The notes: generated by a model not told the origin, from the letters alone. A stretch of 64,000 nucleotides of DNA from an uncultured Bdellovibrionales bacterium (GCA_964395165.1 CAYMZY010000001.1:1695-65694); one strand, 5' to 3'. Positions 20,178 through 29,770 are shown, numbered from the stretch's first letter. Program-made: numbers and translations.

Positions 20178-21311
20178 ATGAAGGAGCTCACCATCATCAT
20201 TCCCTGTCTTAACGAAGCAGAGACAATCGGTCAGGTCGTTCGTGATGCGGTGCGCGGCCTGCGGAAAGCGTCTTGCGATGGGGAGGTTCTCGTTTCCGAT
20301 AATGGCTCGACGGACGCCTCGGTCGAATTGGCTCGCTCCCAAGGAGCTCGGGTCATACACTGTCCGAAGCGGGGATATGGCAGCGCTCTCCGGTATGGTA
20401 TCGAATCCGCCGAGAGCACCTATGTCCTCTTCGGTGATGCCGACGGATCGTATGATCTCGGCAGTATATCCGGTTTTGTCCGCGAATTGCGGAATGGCAA
20501 TGACTTGGTGATTGGAACGAGACTGCGGGGACGCATCGAGCCGGGAGCGATGCCCTTTCTTCATCGGTATCTCGGGACACCGGTTCTGACTCGACTTCTG
20601 AACTTCTTGTTCCGTATGGACATATCGGATTGCAATTCCGGCATGCGGGGATTGAATAAGGACGCCTTCGGGAGAATGGGATTAACCGCTTCCGGGATGG
20701 AATTCGCATCGGAAATGCTGATCAAAGCGGGTATTTTCAGATTGAAAGTGAAAGAAATCCCGATCACATTGTATCGGGATAAGCGTGACCGGGAGCCTCA
20801 TCTTCATACCTGGAGCGATGGGTGGCGTCACCTGCGGCTCCTCCTGATCTATGCCCCGAACCATCTCTTCGTCTATCCCGGATTCCTTCTGTTCCTGTTG
20901 GGAACGGGATTACTTTTCCTTCAAGCGAGAGGTCCGGTCACATTCGGGTCTCTGCATATGGATCTCCACTTCATGATACTCGGGATCAGCCTGAGCGTGC
21001 TCGGGATGTCCGTCTTCCAGATGGGAATGATTATCAAGCTTTTTTCCTATCAGAACGACTATTATGAGAATGATTGGATGGTTCGGAAGCTGAAACTCTT
21101 TCCTTTCAACAAGAAGGTGTTCATGGGTCTCGGGGTGACCAGCGTCGGGATCGGGATATTCTTGATAATCCTGTTCGATTGGATACGTCTTTCCTTGGCC
21201 AACCCCGAGATGATACGTTTTTCCCTTTTTGGCCTCTACTTCCTCTTTACTGGTATTTCTCTGATACTCTTCTTTTTTCTTGAGGCAGTGATGAACAAGA
21301 ATGAGGAGTAG
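20178..21311 (+). CDS. Glycosyltransferase family 2 (polyprenol-phosphate glycosyltransferase-like) with C-terminal TM helices
   Basis: IIIPCLNEA, DNGSTD, DADGSY, GMEFASEM. Confidence 0.92.
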   Translation: MKELTIIIPCLNEAETIGQVVRDAVRGLRKASCDGEVLVSDNGSTDASVELARSQGARVIHCPKRGYGSALRYGIESAESTYVLFGDADGSYDLGSISGFVRELRNGNDLVIGTRLRGRIEPGAMPFLHRYLGTPVLTRLLNFLFRMDISDCNSGMRGLNKDAFGRMGLTASGMEFASEMLIKAGIFRLKVKEIPITLYRDKRDREPHLHTWSDGWRHLRLLLIYAPNHLFVYPGFLLFLLGTGLLFLQARGPVTFGSLHMDLHFMILGISLSVLGMSVFQMGMIIKLFSYQNDYYENDWMVRKLKLFPFNKKVFMGLGVTSVGIGIFLIILFDWIRLSLANPEMIRFSLFGLYFLFTGISLILFFFLEAVMNKNEE

Positions 21312-21451
21312 CTTATGTTTCGGTTTTTTTGTCTGATATTCTTTCCTTGGAGGGGGAGCTTCGGGTTATTTCCGAGTCTTGCCAAAACAGAGAAAGAATG
21401 TTAGGTTGAAAATAATCAAGAGAACGCTAAACGATTAAGGAGAATATTCCT

Positions 21452-21658
21452 ATGGCCCTTCCGAAGCAGAGACATACCCATTATCGCCGCGATCGAGCCC
21501 GAAAAGAGCTCGAACTGACCCCGATTCAGACGAAGAAATGCGAGCAGTGCGGTGCGCCGGCCTTGTCTCATCGGGTCTGTCCGACTTGCGGTACGTATAA
21601 GGGTCGAACCGTGATCGATACGACTCCGAAGCGGAAAATCGCTCCGGCCAAGGCGTAA
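21452..21658 (+). CDS. rpmF: 50S ribosomal protein L32 (zinc-ribbon form)
   Basis: MALPKQR..CEQCG..HRVCPTCGTYKGR; SD AAGGAG. Confidence 0.97.
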   Translation: MALPKQRHTHYRRDRARKELELTPIQTKKCEQCGAPALSHRVCPTCGTYKGRTVIDTTPKRKIAPAKA

Positions 21659-21701
21659 TCCTTCCTAACAGAGACGACCCGAGTCCTTCAAAATCAAAAT
21701 C

Positions 21702-22253
21702 ATGGCTAATAGACATCTCCAGCGTTCAGTCGCAATGCAATCCCTTTTTGAATGGGATTTCCAGGGTCAGCACGATGATCAGTCGATGGCGATCCTTAAT
21801 CGGAATATCGCCGAGTTTGCTCCCGGAATCGATGAGACGATTTTCGCGAAACATCTGATAGAAGGGATTCTCCGGGAACGGAAGATCATCGATGCGCTTA
21901 TTGAGAAGTGCGCACCGGAATGGCCGCTCGAACAAGTGACGGTCATTGATCGAAATATCCTTCGGCTCGGAATCTATGAATTGATGTTCGGGAATTACGA
22001 CGAAGTGCCGCCCAAGGTGGCTATCAATGAGTCTATCGAGCTCGCGAAGTCGTTTGGGAGCGATGCGAGTCCCCGTTTCGTGAACGGCGTTCTTGGGACT
22101 ATCTATCGCGAGATGGGTGAGCCGCTCAAGAACGATGTCTCCGAGAATCATGCTCATTTTAAGAAGCGGAAAGAGGAAAAGGCGGTGGGAGATGGCGCCC
22201 TGGCAGTATCGGCGGAGGATGTTTCAGTCGAAGAGAAAGAAGTGTTGGTCTGA
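21702..22253 (+). CDS. nusB: Transcription antitermination factor NusB
   Basis: [23 protein letters not shown]. Confidence 0.96.
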   Translation: MANRHLQRSVAMQSLFEWDFQGQHDDQSMAILNRNIAEFAPGIDETIFAKHLIEGILRERKIIDALIEKCAPEWPLEQVTVIDRNILRLGIYELMFGNYDEVPPKVAINESIELAKSFGSDASPRFVNGVLGTIYREMGEPLKNDVSENHAHFKKRKEEKAVGDGALAVSAEDVSVEEKEVLV

Positions 22254-22481
22254 AGCAGGGAGTCTCGGTTTGAGGGAGCGAGTTCTCATCAGAGAGCACT
22301 TTGACAAAGCACTTGTCATCGCGAGTCTTTCAGAGGTGGTGCATTCCATGGAACGGTCTCGTGTTTTGGTCAGGATGCGGAATCATTCCGTTTTATTCGC
22401 AATGCCGACTTTTTCGACTAGCCTTCTTGAAGTGAAGCTATTTCTTCCAAACTATCGTAAATGTGTGATTTCCAGTTCTCT

Positions 22482-23168
22482 ATGTTCGATGTAGCGGTTT
22501 TTGAACAGCGTTTCGGTATCAAAGTTAAGAACAAGGCTTTTTTTCAGGAAGCCCTGATTCATCGTTCCTATTTGAATGAGCATCGTGGGTGTGCTTCGCC
22601 GCACAATGAACGACTTGAATTTCTCGGGGACGCGGTACTTGAATTGGTCGTGACGGAAAACCTTTTTCACCACTATGATCGTCCGGAAGGTGAGATGACT
22701 GCCTGGCGAGCAGCGCTTGTCAATGGTGATATGCTGGCCAGGATCGGACAAGGTCTCGGAGTGGATGATTTTCTTCTGATGAGCCGGGGCGAAGCCAAGG
22801 ATACCGGACGGGCGCGGCAGTATATCGTCGCCAATGCCATGGAAGCGATCATTGGAGCGCTTTATCTCGATCAGGGATACGAGGCCGCGCAGGTATTCAT
22901 CACGACACATATTCTGTCGCATTTGCCGGAGGTGCTTGATCAGAAGCTCTACGCGGACGCGAAGAGTTTCTTCCAGGAGAAAGCCCAAGAGCATTTCGGA
23001 GTGACGCCGACGTATCGGGTCATCAAGGAATGGGGGCCAGATCATGACCGGCATTTCATCGCCGGAGTCTTTGTTGGGGAAGAACTGATCGCAGAGGGCG
23101 AGGGAGTCTCCAAACAGGAAGCTCAGCGTGCCGCCGCCAAGCAAGCATTGACAAATAAGGGTTGGTAG
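22482..23168 (+). CDS. rnc: Ribonuclease III
   Basis: NERLEFLGDAVL signature and C-terminal dsRBD. Confidence 0.97.
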   Translation: MFDVAVFEQRFGIKVKNKAFFQEALIHRSYLNEHRGCASPHNERLEFLGDAVLELVVTENLFHHYDRPEGEMTAWRAALVNGDMLARIGQGLGVDDFLLMSRGEAKDTGRARQYIVANAMEAIIGALYLDQGYEAAQVFITTHILSHLPEVLDQKLYADAKSFFQEKAQEHFGVTPTYRVIKEWGPDHDRHFIAGVFVGEELIAEGEGVSKQEAQRAAAKQALTNKGW

Positions 23169-23176
23169 TGTATAAT
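23148..23176 (+). promoter_or_regulatory. Perfect consensus sigma70 promoter embedded in the rnc 3' end
   Basis: TTGACA (23148-53), 17 nt, TATAAT (23171-76). Confidence 0.85.
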
Positions 23177-23243
23177 AAAATTAAGTACCTAAAGTGGGTT
23201 TCTTTTTGACCGGCCTCTAAAGGCCTTTTTTTGTGGAGGTAAA

Positions 23244-23423
23244 ATGGAAACGGTATCGGGTTCAACGCTGATACAGTTGGTGGAAAATTTCTGTACGGTA
23301 GTGGTTTTGCTCGCGGCCATCGGTCTTGGGTGGTATTTCCTTCTTGGAATAGGGAGGGATGTCCGAAGGACATGGTCACGGCGTCGTGGGCGGCGCAGCG
23401 GCGTTTCGTCGCACGATTCCTGA
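23244..23423 (+). CDS. Small single-TM protein with Arg-rich tail (59 aa; below the ORF-track cutoff)
   Basis: METVSGSTLIQLVENFCTVVVLLAAIGLGWYFLLGIGRDVRRTWSRRRGRRSGVSSHDS; SD GGAGGT at 23235-40; own promoter and downstream hairpin. Confidence 0.65.
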   Translation: METVSGSTLIQLVENFCTVVVLLAAIGLGWYFLLGIGRDVRRTWSRRRGRRSGVSSHDS

Positions 23424-23431
23424 GTAAGGAA

Positions 23432-23469
23432 AGGGATGGGTACCAACGGTATCCATCCCTATTTCTTTT
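23432..23469 (+). terminator. Intrinsic terminator after the small ORF
   Basis: AGGGATGGGTACC-AAC-GGTATCCATCCCT (13 bp, one G-U) then ATTTCTTTT. Confidence 0.7.
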
Positions 23470-23637
23470 CCCGGTCAGAATCGGATATACTGGGAAAGTA
23501 TCCGTTTCAAGTCGGCGGACATTCTTGTATTCGTCCGGTTGCGGGTCGTTCGTCGTATTGGAAGGAATTTTTTTTGGGTCTTTGCCACCATCCGGTGTTT
23601 CCGTCTATCAAGTCTGAAATCATGAGAGTGTAGCCCT

Positions 23638-25926
23638 ATGTATCTCAAGCGTCTCGAAATATCCGGTTTCAAGTCTTTTGCCAACAAGACGGTATTGGAT
23701 TTTTCGGCCGCTTCTACTGAAGCCGCTTCAGGACGGGGTATCACAGCTATCGTCGGTCCGAACGGTTCCGGGAAATCCAATATCGCGGATGCTATCCGTT
23801 TCGCGATCGGTGAACAGTCGTCCAAGAATCTCCGCGGGAAAAAATCTGAAGATGTCATTTTCGCCGGTACCGAAGGGAAGTCGCGGATGGGGAGTGCGGC
23901 CGTGACGCTGCATTTCGACAATACCGATCATCGGATACCGATCGAATTTTCGGAAGTCTCGATCACCCGTAAGATCCATCGGAGTGGTGAAGGAGAATAC
24001 CTGATTAACGGCAATAAGGTGCGCCTGCTCGACGTCGTCGATCTTTTGGCGAAGGCGGGTATCGGGAAGGAGAGCTATTGTGTCATCACTCAGGGTATGT
24101 CGGACGCAGTACTTCTGGCCTCACCTCTTGAACGGAGGGCGATTTTTGAGGATGCAGCCGGTGTGAAGCCGTATCAGATCGAGAAGGAGCGTGCAATACG
24201 GAAGCTTGAGAGTACGCGGGAGAATCTGGTCCGGGTGGACGCGCTTCTGGTCGAGATCGAACCGCATCTTCGCAATCTCAAGCGTCAGGCCGAGAAGGCG
24301 TCACAGGGAAAGGATGTCGCTGTTCGATTGAAGGAGAGGCAGTCTCTTTTGTATGGTTTTTTGTGGCATCAGTTCCAAGCGGAACGGGGGACACTGGTTC
24401 GTGATCGGGAGGCTGCGGAACAGGTCATCGGAGAACTCGAGGGGCGTTCGATTCGGCTGCGTGAAGAGGTGTCCGCAGTGAGTATCGCACTTGAAGACCA
24501 GAAAGAGGAGTTGGCGTGGCAGAACGAGGTCCGTGATCTGCATGCGGAAATCAACGCCTTGGCGCGCATCCGGAGTGTCGTTGAGGGGAAGAAAGAGGTG
24601 GAGATGGAGCGTCGGAAGGAGAAAGAAGTGGTGAAGACGATACCGGTTGATTTGGCTTTTGTGAAACGTTCGGTCGAGAAGATTGGCACGGATCAGGAAC
24701 AGCTCATCGAGCGGATCCGGTCGGTCGAGCAACTGGAAGATCTGCAGGATATCCGTGAATTCGCCCAGGTGATCAAACAGGAGCTTTTCGAGTTATCCGA
24801 AAAAGCGGGAGTCGGAAGTATCCGCGAGACGCGAATCATCGGCTTGAATTCGGAAGAGAAGGCCGAAAGTGATCTGAGGCTGCAGGCGCTCGAGAGTGAG
24901 TTGTCGGACGCGAAAGAACGGATTCTTCAAGGGGAAGCACACATCAAGGAAAAAGAGGAGATGATCGCTTCCCGTCGTGAAGCGAATCGTGTGCAACGGG
25001 AGATGTTTTTTACGAAAGAGAAGGAGTCGCGTGAATGTGAGCGGGCTCTGCAGCAGTTGAAGGACAATTTCAATGAATTGAAGGTCCGTTTGGCCCGAGT
25101 GGAAGTTCGCGAGGAGGACCTCATTTCGCTTATCCGAGAGGAGCTGTCCATGCGACCGGAAGACGTGACGTATGATGGGACGACCGGAATCGATCGGGAG
25201 CGGATCGAGCGCGAAATAAGTCGGCTCAAGGTGGAGGTGGAACATATCGGGACCATCGATCCGCTTATCGTCGATGAATATGAGGAGACGGCAAAGCGTT
25301 TCGAATTCCTGACGCACGAATCGGCTGATTTGAAACAGGCGCTTGAATCGCTCCGATCCGTAGTGAGAGAGATGGATGTCAAGATCGATCAGGCGTTCGA
25401 AACGACGTTTGATGAAATCAAGAAACGTTTCGTGCAGTATTTCACTTTGATCTTTGGCGGAGGGAAGGCGGAAATCACTCAGGTACGTCTGGCTCTCAGG
25501 CGTCGCGGAGAAACGGAAGAGTCGGATGACGCGAGCGAAGGCGAGGAGAATCAGGATGGGGTAGGAATCGAGATTTTCGCGTGCCCTCCGGGAAAGAAGA
25601 TCACGAACCTTTCCATGCTTTCGGGCGGCGAGCGTTCCCTGACGTCCCTCGCGCTTCTCTTCGCTATCATTTCGCATAATCCTCCGCCTTTCGCGGTGCT
25701 CGATGAAGTAGAGGCAGCGTTGGATGAGGCGAATTCTCGTCGATTCAGCACGATGCTTGAAGAATTATCCGGCCACACGCAGTTCATCGCGATCACCCAC
25801 AATCGCGAGACTATGGCGCGGGCCGGTCTCCTCTATGGCGTGACGATGCAGCGCGATGGTATCTCACAGTTGCTTTCGGTGCGCCTGGATCAAGTCGAAA
25901 AGGGTGGGAAATCGGTTTCGGGTTGA
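23638..25926 (+). CDS. smc: SMC family chromosome segregation ATPase, short form (762 aa)
   Basis: MYLKRLEISGFKSFA, GPNGSGKSN, LSGGE, LDEVEAALD, ITHN; coiled coils; no recognisable hinge. Confidence 0.9.
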   Translation: MYLKRLEISGFKSFANKTVLDFSAASTEAASGRGITAIVGPNGSGKSNIADAIRFAIGEQSSKNLRGKKSEDVIFAGTEGKSRMGSAAVTLHFDNTDHRIPIEFSEVSITRKIHRSGEGEYLINGNKVRLLDVVDLLAKAGIGKESYCVITQGMSDAVLLASPLERRAIFEDAAGVKPYQIEKERAIRKLESTRENLVRVDALLVEIEPHLRNLKRQAEKASQGKDVAVRLKERQSLLYGFLWHQFQAERGTLVRDREAAEQVIGELEGRSIRLREEVSAVSIALEDQKEELAWQNEVRDLHAEINALARIRSVVEGKKEVEMERRKEKEVVKTIPVDLAFVKRSVEKIGTDQEQLIERIRSVEQLEDLQDIREFAQVIKQELFELSEKAGVGSIRETRIIGLNSEEKAESDLRLQALESELSDAKERILQGEAHIKEKEEMIASRREANRVQREMFFTKEKESRECERALQQLKDNFNELKVRLARVEVREEDLISLIREELSMRPEDVTYDGTTGIDRERIEREISRLKVEVEHIGTIDPLIVDEYEETAKRFEFLTHESADLKQALESLRSVVREMDVKIDQAFETTFDEIKKRFVQYFTLIFGGGKAEITQVRLALRRRGETEESDDASEGEENQDGVGIEIFACPPGKKITNLSMLSGGERSLTSLALLFAIISHNPPPFAVLDEVEAALDEANSRRFSTMLEELSGHTQFIAITHNRETMARAGLLYGVTMQRDGISQLLSVRLDQVEKGGKSVSG

Positions 25927-25951
25927 CAGCTCCTTTTAATTGCGCTACAGT
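25923..25951 (+). promoter_or_regulatory. rpsP promoter overlapping the smc stop codon
   Basis: TTGACA-17 nt-TACAGT. Confidence 0.7.
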
Positions 25952-25994
25952 AAAGGCTGTATTTTGGGATAAGTCATGTTTTGTATTTGATGAT

Positions 25995-26348
25995 ATGTTG
26001 ACCATTCGTTTCAATCGGGTAGGAAAGAAGAATCAGGCGAGTTTCCGCATCGCTTTGCAGGAGAAGACCAAGGCTCCTGGTAAGCGGCACATCGAGATGC
26101 TTGGGAGCTATGATCCGCATCAGAAGGGATCTGTTTTGAAGAAGGACCGGATTCTCCACTGGATGAGTCTCGGCGCGGAGCTTTCGGATTCGGTGTACAA
26201 CTTATTGGTTCGTGAAGGAGTGGTGGTTGCCGATAAGAAACGCTCCATCAAAATGAAGCGTCCTGAGGTGAAGGTAGCGGCAGAAGAGGCTGTTTCGGGT
26301 GGAGAAGCCCCGGCTGTAGCCGGATCGGAAGAATCGGCGAGTGCCTAA
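25995..26348 (+). CDS. rpsP: 30S ribosomal protein S16
   Basis: MLTIRFNRVGKKNQASFRI..EMLGSYDP..WMSLGA. Confidence 0.96.
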   Translation: MLTIRFNRVGKKNQASFRIALQEKTKAPGKRHIEMLGSYDPHQKGSVLKKDRILHWMSLGAELSDSVYNLLVREGVVVADKKRSIKMKRPEVKVAAEEAVSGGEAPAVAGSEESASA

Positions 26349-26409
26349 TTCCGAGAGGAGAGGGCTTGACGATAGCGGTTTTTGTGAGTAATCTGGTGGA
26401 GTACAATCG

Positions 26410-26567
26410 AAGAAGCCATCCGTAGACCTGGGGCTCGGTTTCACCTCTTCTGTTCAAAAAGGGGAATGAATCCGATAAGTCCTCAAGAGGAAGTGCGAAA
26501 CCGAAAGGGAGAGAAAGTCTCTTCGTTCGGCGGAAGCGTCTGCGGTGTTCCCGCAGATTATTTTTTT
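26410..26567 (+). promoter_or_regulatory. L10 leader cis-regulatory RNA with attenuator hairpin
   Basis: CCGTAGACCTGGGG...TAAGTCCTCAAGAGG resembles the L10-leader core; TCTGCGG/CCGCAGA stem plus T-run lies just before rplJ. Confidence 0.72.
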
Positions 26568-26591
26568 ATCGGTAGCTCATATATCAAGCTT

Positions 26592-27116
26592 ATGCAGACA
26601 CGACAGAAGAAAGAAGCCGTAGTCGCCTTGTTGGTGAAGAAGATCCAGGCCTCCAAAGCGGTGGTATACGCTCAGTATCAGGGAGTGACCGTGAAAAGCC
26701 TGACGAGTATGCGCAAGGAGCTCGCCAAAAGCGGATCCTCTTGGCAGGTGATGAAGAAGACGCTGTTGGGTATCGCTCTCAAGGAAGCGGGAGTCGAGGG
26801 AAACGTCCGGGAGTTGCCTGGACAGGTAGGGGTCGCTTTCTCGTCTGATGAGGTTGCTGCTGCCAAAGTGTTGGCTGAATTCATCAAGACCAACAAAGGG
26901 ACGAAGTTTTCTATCGAGGGTGGCGCTCTCGGTGCGAAGCATCTTTCTTCCGACGAGGCGAAGGCTTTGGCCAAGCTGCCATCTCGGGATGAGCTTCGCG
27001 GCATGCTGGTCGGGACTTTACAGGCTCCAATCACCGGATTTGTCCGAACTTTGTCGGGAAATTTGAGCGGTTTGGTCCGGGTGCTCAAGGCGGTAGAGGA
27101 GAAAAAAGCTGTATAA
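26592..27116 (+). CDS. rplJ: 50S ribosomal protein L10
   Basis: VMKKTL, LAKLPSRDEL, LQAPITGFVRTL. Confidence 0.96.
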   Translation: MQTRQKKEAVVALLVKKIQASKAVVYAQYQGVTVKSLTSMRKELAKSGSSWQVMKKTLLGIALKEAGVEGNVRELPGQVGVAFSSDEVAAAKVLAEFIKTNKGTKFSIEGGALGAKHLSSDEAKALAKLPSRDELRGMLVGTLQAPITGFVRTLSGNLSGLVRVLKAVEEKKAV

Positions 27117-27250
27117 GGCCAAAGGAGGCGTTTCAGCGGAGTGAAGAGAAGGATTTGGAGGGGAAAGGGCTCTTCATTCCGCTGAAAAAGCAAGGGGGCG
27201 GGGAGTCGTACACAGTGGTATCATTTTAATTCATCCATAAGGATAAACGT

Positions 27251-27658
27251 ATGTCCGAAGAGAAGAAGGAAGAAGTAGTGGTTCCAGCCAAATTCGAAAA
27301 ATTGGTCGCGGAAATCGAGAAGATGAGTGTGCTTGATCTTTCGGAATTGGTGAAAGTTCTGGAAGAGAAATTCGGTGTTTCAGCCGCTGCCCCGATGATG
27401 ATGGGTGCTTTGCCGGCCGCCGGTGCGGTTGAGGCTGTTGAAGAGAAGACGGAATTCGATGTCGAATTGACCTCTGCCGGTGCGCAGAAGATCAATGTCA
27501 TCAAGGTGGTGCGCGAAGTGACGAGCCTCGGCCTTAAGGAAGCCAAAGACCTCGTCGACGCTGCTCCGAAAGTGATCAAGGAAAAGATCGCGAAGGCTGA
27601 TGCTGAGGCTATCCTGAAGAAGCTTGAGGAAGCCGGTGCGACCGCCGTCATCAAGTAG
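27251..27658 (+). CDS. rplL: 50S ribosomal protein L7/L12
   Basis: [28 protein letters not shown]. Confidence 0.98.
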   Translation: MSEEKKEEVVVPAKFEKLVAEIEKMSVLDLSELVKVLEEKFGVSAAAPMMMGALPAAGAVEAVEEKTEFDVELTSAGAQKINVIKVVREVTSLGLKEAKDLVDAAPKVIKEKIAKADAEAILKKLEEAGATAVIK

Positions 27659-27681
27659 TTTTCGTTCCGAATGCGAAACAG

Positions 27682-27715
27682 AGTGCTCCGAGACAGGTGT
27701 CTCGGAGCATTTTTT
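27682..27715 (+). terminator. Intrinsic terminator of rplJL
   Basis: TGCTCCGAGAC/GTCTCGGAGCA stem plus T-run. Confidence 0.85.
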
Positions 27716-27788
27716 ATCGCCGAAACAGGTGAAATGATATATCATAGTGAGGGAAGTCGGTGAAGTTCCGGTTTCTTGATTGTGGAAT

Positions 27789-28514
27789 ATGTCTATGCTC
27801 ATCGAAGCGAAACAATTGGCGAAGATCTATAGCAACGAAGGTATTGAAACACCGGCGCTTCTTCAGGCGACTTTCCAGATTGATCAAGGGGAATTCGTTT
27901 CGATTATGGGACCGAGTGGCTCGGGAAAATCGACGCTCATGCACATACTCGGATTGCTCGATCGTTCGACGGGCGGAGAGTACCGGCTTGAAGGGAAGGA
28001 TGTCGTATCCCTTTCGGATGATGAGCTGGCACGGCTTCGGAACGAAGAGATCGGGTTTGTTTTCCAGGCTTTCAATCTTCTGCCGAGGACGAGCGTGTTC
28101 GAGAATGTCGAGCTTCCGCTTCTGTATGATCGGAATGGAACGGAGAATACGAAGGAGCGGGTCACGGCAGCGCTTCGGGCGGTCAACATGGAACATCGGT
28201 CTTCTTTCTTTTCGAGCCAGCTTTCTGGAGGGGAAAAGCAGCGAGTCGCTATCGCGCGGGCGCTCGTCAACAATCCGAAGATTATCTTCGCCGATGAGCC
28301 GACCGGCAATCTCGATTCGAAGTCGGGATTGCAAGTCATGCGCATTTTCCAGAAGTTGAGTGAGGAAGGGAAAACGATCATTCTGGTGACGCACGAGACT
28401 TTCACGGCCGAACATGCCAAGCGTATTTTACGCATGGTAGATGGGCGTATCGTTTCCGATGAATCGGTGGCGAATCGCCGTTTCGCCGATCAGGAGAACA
28501 CACTGTTGAAATGA
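27789..28514 (+). CDS. ABC transporter ATP-binding protein (MacB/LolD-type)
   Basis: GPSGSGKST, IGFVFQAFNLL, LSGGEKQR, ADEPTGNLD. Confidence 0.95.
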   Translation: MSMLIEAKQLAKIYSNEGIETPALLQATFQIDQGEFVSIMGPSGSGKSTLMHILGLLDRSTGGEYRLEGKDVVSLSDDELARLRNEEIGFVFQAFNLLPRTSVFENVELPLLYDRNGTENTKERVTAALRAVNMEHRSSFFSSQLSGGEKQRVAIARALVNNPKIIFADEPTGNLDSKSGLQVMRIFQKLSEEGKTIILVTHETFTAEHAKRILRMVDGRIVSDESVANRRFADQENTLLK

Positions 28515-29752
28515 AACTTTCCGACCCTTACAAGATCGCGTATCAGGCACTTTCGGCATCGCGTCTGCGGTTCTTTTTGACGGTTCTCGGAATCGTGATC
28601 GGGGTCGCTTCGGTTATCCTGGTCATGAGTGCCGGAGCGAGCGCACAGCAGCTCATCCTGGGTCAGATAGAGTCAGTTGGGTCGAATCTGCTGGCGGTAT
28701 TGCCGGGTGCTTCCGAAGAGGACGGTCCGCCGGCTATGGCATTCGGTATCGTATCGAAGACTCTGATCAATGGGGACCTCGAAGCACTGCGGGATGGAAA
28801 GAATATCCCCGAGATCATTGACGCGGTCGGATACGTGACCGGGACGGCGATCGCCGAATCCGATTCGGAAGACATCGTGGCGAGCTATCAGGGGGTCAGC
28901 GCGAGTCTTCCAAATGTGGAAACGGTGAAGGTTGAGAGCGGGCGCTTCTTCTTTCCTGATGAGGATACGCGGATGGCGCATATCGCGGTGCTTGGGGCGG
29001 GAGTATCAGAAAAACTGTTCCCGAACGGGAATGCGCTCGGAAGGACGGTTACGATCAAGCATATTCCGTTCACGGTGGTCGGTGTGCTTAAAAAACGCGG
29101 CTCCGGGGCTTTTTCGAATACGGACGATCTGATCCATATTCCGCTCGATACCGCCCAGAAGGAACTGCTCGGCATCAGGTACCTGAATTATGTGCGGGCG
29201 AAGGTGGAACAGACCGGCGATATCGGTCGGGTAAAAACGGAGGTGTATCGGTTATTGAATCAACGGCACGATATCGAACCGGGTCAGGAATCCGATTTCT
29301 CAGTTCGGAGTCTCGAATCGGCTTTGGATATCCTTCGTTCGCTTACCGATGTTTTGAAATTTTTTCTGGTCTCGATCGCTGCTATTTCGCTTCTGGTTGG
29401 AGGAATCGGAATCATGAACTCCATGCTGATCGCAGTCAACGCGCGTGTCCGGGAAATCGGCCTCAGAAAAGCGGTTGGTGCCCGTCCGGGTGAAATCATG
29501 TTCCAATTCCTTCTCGAGTCTATCATCATCACACTCCTTGGAGGGTTGATCGGAATCGCTATCGGAGTTTCGTTGGCATACATCGCTTCATTGATCATTC
29601 CGAAGCTGGGTTATGACTGGCAGTTTCTTGTGCCGCTCTCCTCGATCGGGGTCTCATTCGGGGTCTGTTTCGTAATAGGAATGGTATTCGGAATTTACCC
29701 GGCACAGAAAGCCTCGAAAGTCAGTCCGATGGAAGCGTTACGTTACGAATAG
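28511..29752 (+). CDS. MacB/FtsX-type ABC permease 1
   Basis: LTVLGIVIGV, ISLLVGGIGIMN, REIGLRKAVGA, PMEALRYE. Confidence 0.94.
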   Translation: MKLSDPYKIAYQALSASRLRFFLTVLGIVIGVASVILVMSAGASAQQLILGQIESVGSNLLAVLPGASEEDGPPAMAFGIVSKTLINGDLEALRDGKNIPEIIDAVGYVTGTAIAESDSEDIVASYQGVSASLPNVETVKVESGRFFFPDEDTRMAHIAVLGAGVSEKLFPNGNALGRTVTIKHIPFTVVGVLKKRGSGAFSNTDDLIHIPLDTAQKELLGIRYLNYVRAKVEQTGDIGRVKTEVYRLLNQRHDIEPGQESDFSVRSLESALDILRSLTDVLKFFLVSIAAISLLVGGIGIMNSMLIAVNARVREIGLRKAVGARPGEIMFQFLLESIIITLLGGLIGIAIGVSLAYIASLIIPKLGYDWQFLVPLSSIGVSFGVCFVIGMVFGIYPAQKASKVSPMEALRYE

Positions 29753-29770
29753 CTGGCTCGTTTTTGTGCA

